In this document: in pieces, positions 10,961 through 19,684 of the stretch
How positions within the stretch are numbered: position 1 is the stretch's first letter
How the letters are laid out: every line of letters begins with the position of its first letter
Source of the DNA: Adineta ricciae
Taxonomy: Eukaryota
Assembly: GCA_905250025.1 (NCBI GenBank)
Contig: CAJNOJ010000073.1
Location: 110,175 to 137,877, forward strand
Direction of reading: 5' to 3'
Length of the DNA stretch: 27,703 bases
Position numbers and translations under genes: made by a program
Notes under the pieces: model-generated
Database searches by the model: none
The model's input: the letters and a program-made list of their open reading frames with translations, nothing else
Told to the model about the DNA's origin: nothing

Positions 10961-11517
10961 ATTTTTTCTTGTATTCGTACTGTTATAGCGAACGTTAATA
11001 TCGTGAACTTTTTTCTGATTTATGGAAAATCTCCTGAAATAAAATCCTATAGATTGAAGTGAACGCCAAGACTGTTTTCCTGATGAAGAACTCACCTTAT
11101 TAACGCAACAGAACAACAAAACTTATTAAAAGTCATCTAATTGCTTGATTGATAGTGAATCATAACGTATTGATTGCTTTTCCATATGATTGTTTACACT
11201 ATTCTGTCACGCTAGAAGGATATGCGTAGGTAAAATATTTACTCTCATTTTCATCACAGTCTAGTAACATTAATACATATTTGTAGAGTAGGGTGGGGAG
11301 AAAAACAAAATCTATTGTCGATAGATTTTTCTTCCGCGTGGTTGTATTTTTCGATAATTATCGATAAGAAAACGCGATGAGAATACGCTTTTTTTGTTCA
11401 TAATCGGTTTTACCGAATATTTTATTTCGTCGTTTTTTTTTCATCGACGTATTTAGTGCAAGGTCATACTGAACTTTGGCCAACATACTAGAAATCAGAG
11501 TCCGAAAGAGGAAGTGA

Positions 11518-11524
11518 TATATAA
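11518..11524 (+). promoter_or_regulatory. TATATAA, a candidate TATA box for the monooxygenase gene.
   Basis: TATATAA lies 44 nt upstream of the ATG at 11568. Confidence 0.3.
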
Positions 11525-11567
11525 CAGTAGTTTTTACTTGTCTGCTTTTTATGTTTCGTAGGGTGAT

Positions 11568-13214
11568 ATGGATAAAGCAATGAATATGCAACAAAATACT
11601 AATGGCGTGACGCGTGGTTCCGATGCATTCGATGTCGTTATCGTTGGAAGTGGTTTCGCCGGCTTATTCATGTTGCACGAGTTACGTAAACGAGGGTATT
11701 CAACAAAAGTCTATGAAGCAGCTGATGAGATTGGAGGTACTTGGAATTTAAATCGATATCCTGGCGCACGATGTGACATTGAAAGTATGCAGTATTCCTA
11801 TTCGTTCAGTGATGAATTGCAACAAGATTGGCATTGGTCTGAACGTTTCGCTCGGCAACCAGAAATTCTTCGTTATCTTAATCATGTCGCTGATAAATTT
11901 GACTTAAACAAAGATATTCAACTTAATGCACGTGTGACTAGCATGGTCTATAATGAAAATCAATCAAAATGGACGATAACAACCGATCATAACAATCGTG
12001 TATCTGCTAAGTATTGTGTTATGGCAACGGGCTGTCTTTCAGTTGCTAGAGACCCTAAAATTGCGGGACTTGACCAATTTAAAGGTAATGTTTATAGAAC
12101 CACTAATTGGCCGAAAAACGACGTCAGTTTCATTGGTCGTCGAGTAGCTGTTATCGGTACAGGAGCATCAGGTGTACAGTGCATTCCAATGATTGCGAAA
12201 CAAGCTGCTCATCTGTACGTGATTCAACGAACACCAAATTTCGTGATTCCAACAGACACTAAACCTGTGGATGCTGAATACGAGAAAGATTGGAAGTCTA
12301 ATTACAATCAGCGTCGATCTCAAATGTTGCAGTCACCTGGTGGTATCTTCTACGATTACGACGATGACGCTTTGCGCGTAAACATGACTGACAGAGAACG
12401 ATTTGAGATCGCATGGCAAAGAGGAGGTCTTTCGTTTTTCACAGCATTCAAAGGTCGGTTGACTGATAATACTATCAAACAAACAATAACTTGTCTAATT
12501 CATGAAAAAATACGCGAAATCGTTAGAGATCCTGTACTTGCCGCTGCTTTATTACCGTACGACCATTTATTTGGTACGAAACGTCCTTGTGTTGCTGGTG
12601 AATATTATGATACATTTAATCTCAAAAATGTTACACTGGTCGATATCCGTCACACAACTATCGATAAAATTACAGCAAAAGGTATTCTAATCGACAATAA
12701 ACTCTACGAAATTGATGACCTTGTTCTCGCTACCGGGTTCGACGCAGTAATTGGATCTCTACTCAATATCGATATTCAAGGTCGGTCAAAACAAACACTT
12801 CGCGAGAAATGGTCAATCAGACCACGGACATTACTCGGCATCATGATTGCCGATTTTCCAAACCTGTTTACTATAACTGGACCCGGTAGTCCTATTAACT
12901 TGAGCAATATGATTCCTCATATTGAGGAAAACGTCAAATGGATAATTAAATGTATTGATTATCTGAACACGCATAATATTGATAGTATAGAAGCTAAAAT
13001 CGACGGGCAAAATGCCTGGATGGACCATGTCGATTTAGTTGCTAGCCAGCTGTCATATTCCGCAGACAGTTTTGCCGGCAATGACTCGAATATTTTAATC
13101 AAACCAAGTTCTTGCATGCGTTATGCTGGTGGTCTTCATAACTATTTGAACATGTGTGAAAAAGTGACTGCCAATGGTTATGAGAAATTTTTTTTGCTCA
13201 AACGATCTAAATGA
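11568..13214 (+). CDS. Type I Baeyer-Villiger (flavin-containing, NADPH-dependent) monooxygenase, cyclohexanone/phenylacetone-monooxygenase-like, intronless (548 aa).
   Basis: FAD Rossmann motif VIVGSGFAG. GGTWNLNRYPGARCDIES resembles the BVMO active-site region with the conserved Asp. The BVMO fingerprint reads FKGNVYRTTNWP, with Arg where the canonical FxGxxxHxxxWP has His. NADPH Rossmann motif VAVIGTGASGVQ. The C-terminal ...LATGFDAVIG... is typical of this family. Single uninterrupted ORF. Confidence 0.9.
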   Translation: MDKAMNMQQNTNGVTRGSDAFDVVIVGSGFAGLFMLHELRKRGYSTKVYEAADEIGGTWNLNRYPGARCDIESMQYSYSFSDELQQDWHWSERFARQPEILRYLNHVADKFDLNKDIQLNARVTSMVYNENQSKWTITTDHNNRVSAKYCVMATGCLSVARDPKIAGLDQFKGNVYRTTNWPKNDVSFIGRRVAVIGTGASGVQCIPMIAKQAAHLYVIQRTPNFVIPTDTKPVDAEYEKDWKSNYNQRRSQMLQSPGGIFYDYDDDALRVNMTDRERFEIAWQRGGLSFFTAFKGRLTDNTIKQTITCLIHEKIREIVRDPVLAAALLPYDHLFGTKRPCVAGEYYDTFNLKNVTLVDIRHTTIDKITAKGILIDNKLYEIDDLVLATGFDAVIGSLLNIDIQGRSKQTLREKWSIRPRTLLGIMIADFPNLFTITGPGSPINLSNMIPHIEENVKWIIKCIDYLNTHNIDSIEAKIDGQNAWMDHVDLVASQLSYSADSFAGNDSNILIKPSSCMRYAGGLHNYLNMCEKVTANGYEKFFLLKRSK

Positions 13215-13524
13215 GACTTTTCATTTCACTTCAGTGTATTCAATTTGACATTTTGGTACATTAACAATGCTTGAAATCCATTTTTAATTCTATCCTAAAT
13301 CATAGTTTTGTATCTATTGTTAATGCTTATATAAAAAAAACGAGACGATTCTACAGATGTCGTGTCATACCACAGTTGAATATACAATGCGATTAAAGAA
13401 AAGAACGTATGTATTTTCATTCGTTGTACAAGTTCAATTGTATCACAAGGCATACATTTCTTTTTCGTTCTCAATGTCACAATGATCCTATAATTTCGTT
13501 TTTAGTATACTCGAAACTCAAAAT

Positions 13525-13788
13525 ATGTTACCGTCGGCTTCTAGACTTATCTTTCAATCTCAATTATCTCGATCTTTACTGATTCAAACACGGCTGTTTG
13601 TATCGAATAAAAGCAAGTCTTCGAATACGATAAAAGATGCGTCGGAGCAGGCTGGTCCACACAATCAAAAAGAACGGTCTGAATGGGAGAAGAAAGAACA
13701 AGGTTTGACTTCGGATACAGAAACGCGTCAAGAACGAATTCGTCCAGATGAAAAAAAGAACAACAAAACAAAAACACCCAAGAAATAA
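13525..13788 (+). CDS. Hypothetical small protein (87 aa) with a presequence-like N-terminus and a Lys/Glu-rich tail.
   Basis: ATG-initiated ORF MLPSASRLIFQSQLSRSLLIQTRLFVSNKS..., amphipathic and Arg/Ser-rich like a mitochondrial targeting peptide. No homology recognised. Could be non-coding. Confidence 0.25.
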   Translation: MLPSASRLIFQSQLSRSLLIQTRLFVSNKSKSSNTIKDASEQAGPHNQKERSEWEKKEQGLTSDTETRQERIRPDEKKNNKTKTPKK

Positions 13789-14037
13789 TCAAACTAAAAA
13801 TTTTCTCTATTTTTTTTAATATTAACACTTCAACTATAACATTACTTAAATAAAAATCAAGCGACAAAACATTCACACATGTTTTCTCTGACTATTAAGC
13901 ACGACATACGTTCGCCAAAGAAAAAACTGATGTTATTAAAATACATTTCTTTGATGCAGATGTGCTTTTCACTTTGTTTCATAGCGATGAAAACACGAAC
14001 CAAGATTTGTTTTTCTTTTAGGACAAAGATTTGATCA

Positions 14038-14256
14038 ATGGCAGGACCGGAGAATATCAACGACCATAACGAAAATATTCGTCAGATGCAATCCGAACTC
14101 GAGACACTTCGATCAAAAGGTTCACATGCTGGAAGCTCCTACGATCGTCACATTGGAGATCGTATTGCTTATCTTAAAGCTCAAATTCACGTTGTTACTT
14201 TGAAACGTAACGAAGAAATTCGAAAAAGTTATAAACGCTCGGCAAACAAAGAATAG
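14038..14256 (+). CDS. Hypothetical small protein (72 aa).
   Basis: ATG ORF MAGPENINDHNENIRQMQSELETLRSKGSHAGSSYDRHIGDRIAYLKAQIHVVTLKRNEEIRKSYKRSANKE. It has a helical/coiled-coil flavour. No homolog recognised. Confidence 0.25.
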   Translation: MAGPENINDHNENIRQMQSELETLRSKGSHAGSSYDRHIGDRIAYLKAQIHVVTLKRNEEIRKSYKRSANKE

Positions 14257-14374
14257 ATACGATTACTAATTGCACTGACAGAGTGACTTATCATTTTATC
14301 AAGAGTTTTGTTTTACTTTCTTTGTATAATACTTTGATGAGATAAGTTGATTCAGCTTCACAACAACAGTAAGG

Positions 14375-15277
14375 ATGTGTTTTGAAAAGGATTTTGCCGT
14401 TTTTCTTTCATTTATCTTCATTTTTAACCGAATAAACATATCGAGTGCAGTGGATCCTTGTATATATGATCTCAATCCAAAAGGTATCATTGATTTAACA
14501 AGCGTTGGACGCAAGGATGGCACACCTGCATGGAAAGACGTTCTTCCGCAAATAAGTGACGGTCATGGTAATGAGCAGTCAAAAGATTCCTTAGAAAATA
14601 TATTCTGTTTTAGTTTATTCATACAATCCTTGTTATTCGTTCACTCAAGTAAATTGCCTAGATGTCGCTGCTTGTCAAGGTGCGAGCACCATTTGCACTG
14701 AATGTCAAAGATTAATTTTTCTTTTTAGCACATCAGACCGATCCGAAGCTAACATATTCATTAGGTACACAGAACAGTGTGCAATGGAGAACCAATCTAG
14801 GTCAAGAACTACCGACATTAGTGTATAAAACTACCGAACGAACATTAGAAGTCACTTTAAAATGTCTCGGCCCAAAGGAATCTAATAGATTGGACGTTCA
14901 AGGCCTTGATACAGTCAAACGCATTTACAGTATGACATTGTCTTCGAAATGTGCCTGTTGGGATGGATGTAAAGGTTCTAGTTTAGTTGAATACTTTTCT
15001 CAAGTTCAATATTCGACTTTATCTAGGCGGTTCTGGTTCGACAGCGAATGATGGAATCAGTGGAGGTTTAGTCTTCATCATCGTATTGTTCGCGTTGCTG
15101 TGTATCTACTTGATTGGTTTTATGGTGTTTAATAAATTCAAACGACAAGCTACTGGATTGGATATGCTTCCACACCGTACTTTCTGGATTTCATTACCTG
15201 GTTATGCGTTGGCAGGAACGAGATTTATATTCGGAAAGATAACGAATAAGAAAACGGATTACAGCTCCATTCCATAA
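14375..15277 (+). CDS. Type I membrane protein with a single mannose-6-phosphate-receptor-homology (MRH) domain, cation-dependent M6P receptor-like (3 exons).
   Basis: Exons 14375-14567, 14729-14974 and 15027-15277. The introns are 161 nt (GTAATG...TTTTTAG) and 52 nt (weak donor GTTCTA, acceptor ATCTAG). Signal peptide MCFEKDFAVFLSFIFIF. MRH-like core: DPCIYDL...TLEVTLKCLGPKESNRLDVQGLDTVKRIYSMTLSSKCACWDGC. Compare OS-9 MRH: ...ELACGKSNRL...CVYALTFETPLVC. Exon 3 encodes a TM helix GGLVFIIVLFALLCIYLIGFMVF and a 45-aa cytoplasmic tail. Confidence 0.65.
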
Positions 15278-15842
15278 ATATATATTTTTTCATATCTTAT
15301 TTTCATTGGAAATGAATCAATAAGCATTTTGGCGTCTTCTTCGTTATAATCAACTTTTTCTTATATGATAACTTGGAAATTCTCTTCTATTCTTTGTTTG
15401 ACTATAATTTGATGTGCAAAATTGTTGTTTCTGAATATTCATTAGAGCTAATATTGAATGCCGAGACGTTTCCGTGCTGTTAATATTTCTAAGTAAAGAC
15501 CTTAGAGATGTTTTGAATGCAACTTTGTAATTACATGATTTTTCTGCAAAATATTGGCTATCAACAGCTCAAGATTGTCTTTTTCGTCCCATCTCATGTT
15601 CGAGAGATGATAATCGTATGAGTGTCTTATATACTATAAGTTCTAGTTTCGAAATTAAACGATTCATGCCACTTATCCATCTTTCAGATCAAACTTTAAT
15701 GAGAATAAAAATCCTAAGCCTACGCTAGCTGTACACAAATTAGTGTACATTATTGAAAATATTGCTCACAAATAAATAGAAAAACATGAAAATGATTGTT
15801 TTTTATTTGATTAAAGGTATATCAAAATCTGTGCAACAGTTT

Positions 15843-17084
15843 TCATCGATATTTTTGTAATTTGACATTGTATTTATTCTTGAACTTATCAACAGCTGGT
15901 GCTTTGAGTAGATGACAGGCGCGACCAGAGTAAGTCATTCGTTTTTCGCGTTTGTTCTTCGCATTTTGAAGAGTGGTGCAGCATCCCATCAAACAGGTTT
16001 TCACTTTGTAACTCAAATGCTTCAGTTCAAGTGAGTATCCAGAAATATGCAATTCCATGATCGGCAAATCTTCAATAGAATTGGCGTTGATTGCCATTTT
16101 AGCCCAAAGGTGTAAATTCCCACACGAACGCAGCGGTTGTGCTTTCTTGAGCTTGGAGGGAAATTGGAGTATAGTTTGTGTTATGCATCGCTCGCATGTG
16201 GAAAGCATATATGGAGACCATGATGAAAGGTAATGGTAAATAGCATAGCAGTGGTTCTTATTCTGACGCCCTTTCGGTCTCAAAAAATGACGACCCAAAA
16301 AACGCGTGTAGAGTGGGAACACATTGGTTAGTACAGGCTTCGAAAGCCAACCTCTGTCAAGACTCATAACATAGTTGCATTGTCGTTCAAATACGTATTC
16401 ATATGTTAAACCAACGTTGACACAATCGTCCGTATCGTCCAATACTTCTAAACTTCGCCTATACGCAAGCAGCATAGCACGTTGATCGCGAGTGAAGATT
16501 TGTGGGCAGCAGTTCTCTATTATCACCAATGTGTGATAACGTAAACGTGGACCAAATACAGATACAAAATGCAGAATATCCACAAGTAGATCGAAAATAA
16601 TTTTGACCGTTTTGATATTGTCTATTTCATATCTTCCATTAGCAATAGCGACGATAAACTCTACAGCTGTATTTTGTACTTCGGGTGAACTAACGTATCG
16701 GCGTCTTTTTGAAAATAACTCTAAATCCTCTATATACATTCCTAATGTTGGTCTCAAGGAAGGAACTGGCATGGGATCAAAAGACATGTATTCATACAAT
16801 TGAAGGACGTCGAAGACGTCTACATATCGTGGTAACTTGGTGAAGAGATGCGATGAACTTCTACTGTGCACAGCAGATAAAATAGGTTTTAGCGACGAAT
16901 ATTGTATTAAATCATCCAGAATAAATGCATTATCTTGATTTCGACGCCAAGAAAATCGCTGTGCATTTTCCACCATTGCATTTAAATAGGGAACGCATTT
17001 GAGCTGATCTTCATTGAGCGCGATAACGTGATCTGATTGTGTAAAATAAAATTTGTGCAGAACTACTTCTAGAGTTTCTGACAT
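15843..17084 (-). CDS. Hypothetical 413-aa protein with no confident domain assignment; possible BTB/T1-like N-terminus.
   Basis: Uninterrupted minus-strand ORF. An in-frame TTG at 17138 follows a stop directly, and the first ATG is at 17084 (MSETLEVVLHKFYFTQSDHVIALNEDQLKCVPYLNAMVEN...). Long helical middle section and a Cys-rich C-terminus (CGNLHLWAK...CLMGCCTTLQ...RACHLL). Starts only about 95 nt downstream of the MVP stop on the same strand. Confidence 0.6.
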   Translation of the reverse strand: MSETLEVVLHKFYFTQSDHVIALNEDQLKCVPYLNAMVENAQRFSWRRNQDNAFILDDLIQYSSLKPILSAVHSRSSSHLFTKLPRYVDVFDVLQLYEYMSFDPMPVPSLRPTLGMYIEDLELFSKRRRYVSSPEVQNTAVEFIVAIANGRYEIDNIKTVKIIFDLLVDILHFVSVFGPRLRYHTLVIIENCCPQIFTRDQRAMLLAYRRSLEVLDDTDDCVNVGLTYEYVFERQCNYVMSLDRGWLSKPVLTNVFPLYTRFLGRHFLRPKGRQNKNHCYAIYHYLSSWSPYMLSTCERCITQTILQFPSKLKKAQPLRSCGNLHLWAKMAINANSIEDLPIMELHISGYSLELKHLSYKVKTCLMGCCTTLQNAKNKREKRMTYSGRACHLLKAPAVDKFKNKYNVKLQKYR

Positions 17085-17172
17085 CACACATGCATGTACG
17101 TTCGCGACGAGCAAGGAATGAATGAATGAAACTTCCAACTATACACATGATTCAATGTAAGCAAATAAATAT

Positions 17173-17178
17173 TTTATT
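17173..17178 (-). terminator. AATAAA polyadenylation signal immediately after the MVP-like stop codon.
   Basis: Minus-strand sequence reads TGA-ATAATAAAATATTTATTTGCTTAC.... It is followed about 33 nt later by a T-rich tract and a CATGTGTATAG acceptor-like site (AG at 17139-17140), directly before the next ORF. Confidence 0.4.
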
Positions 17179-17180
17179 AT

Positions 17181-19117
17181 TCAAAATCGAAAGAAACGAC
17201 GAAAAATCAACCAGCCAACAACTAAAATCACACCGCCAAAGAAAACCGGTTTGTTTCTTGTTAGCTTCTGACACCAAAAAAGCACAGACAAGGATGCAAT
17301 GTAAAGCAAAGAAACAATCGCCGATCCTGTCAGGTTAATACAGGTGAATTGTTCATCAGGACCTAACATGACTAAATCCGGTCCAAAAACAATTCTCGAT
17401 TCTTTAATTTTATAGTCATAAATCTGCACAACGTCATTCTGCGGCACACAGTACGTAACTACTTTCCATCGATCGCGTTTTGTTGTTTTCTTATCTGCAT
17501 CTTTTGAACTGAGATATCGATTCATTAATGATTCTTTCTCCAGAAAAGATTCGATTCTTGCAGGTAACTCTTTTTCCCATAATTCTTCGTGTTCGGTTAG
17601 TATATAAGTTTTGCCGATGACAGCTCGAGCACGACCTGTTTTCGTGTCACGCACATAGATACCTTCATTCTCGTCTAGGGAGAGAGAGAGAGAGAGAGAG
17701 AGAGCAACGAAGATTATACGTGCTGATTTGAAGAAAAGTCACTTACCTAGTGCGATCGCTTTTCTTCGTAGTAATACTTCGACTTGAGTAGGAGGAATGT
17801 ATTCTCTCGGTCCTCGAAGAAGCCATCGATCACCTTTGATATTAGAATGGTATAGTCGATCGCTCAGAACAAAGATTTACCTGCTATTCGCGATACTTTG
17901 TCAATACCATCTTCAAAGGGCTCGGTACATCTGAGAATCAGACCCTCGTCTTCTTCCAAGATATAAATATCTTGAATTCCTTTCTCCAGTCGTTCATCCG
18001 GTTGAAGAAAAAACGACTTTTCGCCGACAACTAATTTCTTTTTTCCCAACTGATTCTTTCCATCAGCTGTAAAAAAATGAAACCTGAATTGAAACCTCCT
18101 TTCTTATCAAAGACAATTTTACCTCCAACTGGATTTAAAATAACACAATACTGTCTCGAGTTCAAGACGACGATGTCCACAGTTTTAATTAGTTCTTCGT
18201 AAACATTTAATATGTGTGCTTCTGTTTGTTCACATGTTATCAGCCATTCATCGCCGTTATTTCGGGTTTGATTAAAATCATCTGTAAATGTTTTCAGAGC
18301 ACGCAAATGCAAAGCCTTTTTGTTTGTTAACACATGAGCATTTTCGACGTTGACAACTGTTTCGTATGCCAGCGGTAAATACGCACCCGGTTTCTTCACT
18401 AACCAATTCTCACCGGTCACGCGTCGTTGGCCAAGACGATCGACCAATTCTTTTTTTGCACACAGTTTTATGGCTTGATTCGGACCAATAATCGTCGCGC
18501 CGATGCGTTCTTCAATCGTCACTTCTTTCCGTGGTATATAGGTACCTAAATAAGCCAAGAGTATTTCCATCGTCACAAACTTTCTTATAGATCATTTACC
18601 TGGTCCTTCAAATAACCATTCGTCGCCAGCTTTCCGTACTTCGCCATGGTCATCGAAGTCGAGAATTGCTTTCAACCGTACTGCCGAGTTCGCTGCTACG
18701 TATTTCAACTCAGTCGCCGGCTGAAACAGATTCATCAAGAATATATGTATAACTAAAGTCGTATTATACTTGTTTTAAAATTTCACCAGGATACAAAGGA
18801 AATGGTTCCTGATAATCTTCATGCAATCGAATGGCGACATCCCCATGCGACAATTTCACTTGTCCGTTTTTGTCCAATTCAATTTGACCCGTTTGATTTT
18901 TAATAACAGGATTTTCTATGATACAGTAATGTCTCGGTGGTATTGTAATCATTTTTTCTGGCCCCATAGTAAGTGTTTCATTATCCTGTTTGAAAAATAT
19001 TTTCGGGCCGATTTCCAATCGTGTCACACTTGTATTTTGATCTAATACATGAATGTAGTAGTACGGAGGAATACGATAGAGAGGACCATTCTGTAATGAA
19101 ACACTTTTCGACGACAT
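17181..19117 (-). CDS. MVP: Major vault protein (MVP) homolog of about 552 aa (6 exons) that keeps the N-terminal MVP repeat domains but ends in a two-segment hydrophobic hairpin instead of the shoulder and cap-helix domains.
   Basis: Exons in minus-strand 5' to 3' order: 19117-18770, 18720-18600, 18545-18123, 18066-17881, 17833-17747 and 17674-17181. Introns are 49, 54, 56, 47 and 72 nt. Collinear with human MVP residues 1 to about 515: [26 protein letters not shown] vs [26 protein letters not shown]; [19 protein letters not shown]; RVTGENWLV; [32 protein letters not shown]; [20 protein letters not shown]; [38 protein letters not shown]; [30 protein letters not shown]. The last 46 aa, [46 protein letters not shown], have no MVP counterpart. 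They are followed by a stop and AATAAA. Confidence 0.85.
17681..17704. repeat. (GA)12 microsatellite, read as (CT)12 on the coding strand of the MVP gene.
   Basis: Perfect AG dinucleotide run. It lies inside MVP intron 5, where it forms the polypyrimidine tract before the CCCTAG acceptor. Confidence 0.9.
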
Positions 19118-19672
19118 TGTATTGAAAAAGCTGACTTGGTTTCTTTATTATTTATAGCAATAGAATTGCGAAGTGCTTGTGAAAGCTTTTTCTCGTTCGA
19201 TAAGAAAAAAGAATATGTACGTAGAATTGCACAACCAATGGAAAATATTCTTCAAATATCACATGTCATGACTGTTACTAATAGAACACTCCTGTTCTGT
19301 ATTGACAACGCCCCGTTCATGTTCCTGCGACACTAGATGATCCAAACAACATAATGGTTGCGGGTATATCGTTGAAGGTCACGATGTGGTGCATCGCAAC
19401 ATAAATTTATCGTGGTATATTCAAAATAATTCATAACATTATCACCGTTCAAGTCGGCGGTATCGAAAATGTCCGATGAAATGTAGACTAGGTAGCGGTA
19501 TTTGAGATTAAGCGCCATCTTCCACAGATTCATATTCTACGAGCTTTCCACTGTGAACCGTGATCTTCATATTTTCTCAAAAGATATCAGTGTCCTGAGT
19601 AATTTGATTCTTATTTTTAGTCAGATTTTTCGTATACTTCGGATATGGGATTGTATCGCAAAAGCTTTGATA

Positions 19673-19684
19673 CGTGACGTCACG
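19673..19684. promoter_or_regulatory. Perfect palindromic CRE/ATF-like site CGTGACGTCACG with a TGACGTCA core.
   Basis: 12-nt perfect palindrome in the 2.1-kb divergent intergenic region between the MVP start (19117, minus) and the sGC start (21233, plus). A single TGACGTCA octamer would be expected about 0.4 times by chance in 27.7 kb. Confidence 0.2.

Noticed and set aside
12502-13028. ORFs 12502-12690 (+) and 12831-13028 (-).
   Set aside because: They are embedded in the continuous 548-aa BVMO ORF, in an alternative frame or antisense.
16603-16803. 66-aa plus-strand ORF.
   Set aside because: Antisense to the 413-aa minus-strand ORF.
17084-17674. Possibility that the MVP-like gene continues by cis-splicing into the 15843-17138 ORF, which would give a full-length MVP.
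   Set aside because: There is no in-phase GTRAGT-like donor in the hydrophobic tail region, a stop plus AATAAA follow directly, and the downstream protein shows no similarity to MVP shoulder or cap-helix sequences.
18821-19045. 74-aa plus-strand ORF.
   Set aside because: Antisense to MVP exon 1, whose homology to the vertebrate MVP N-terminus is unambiguous.
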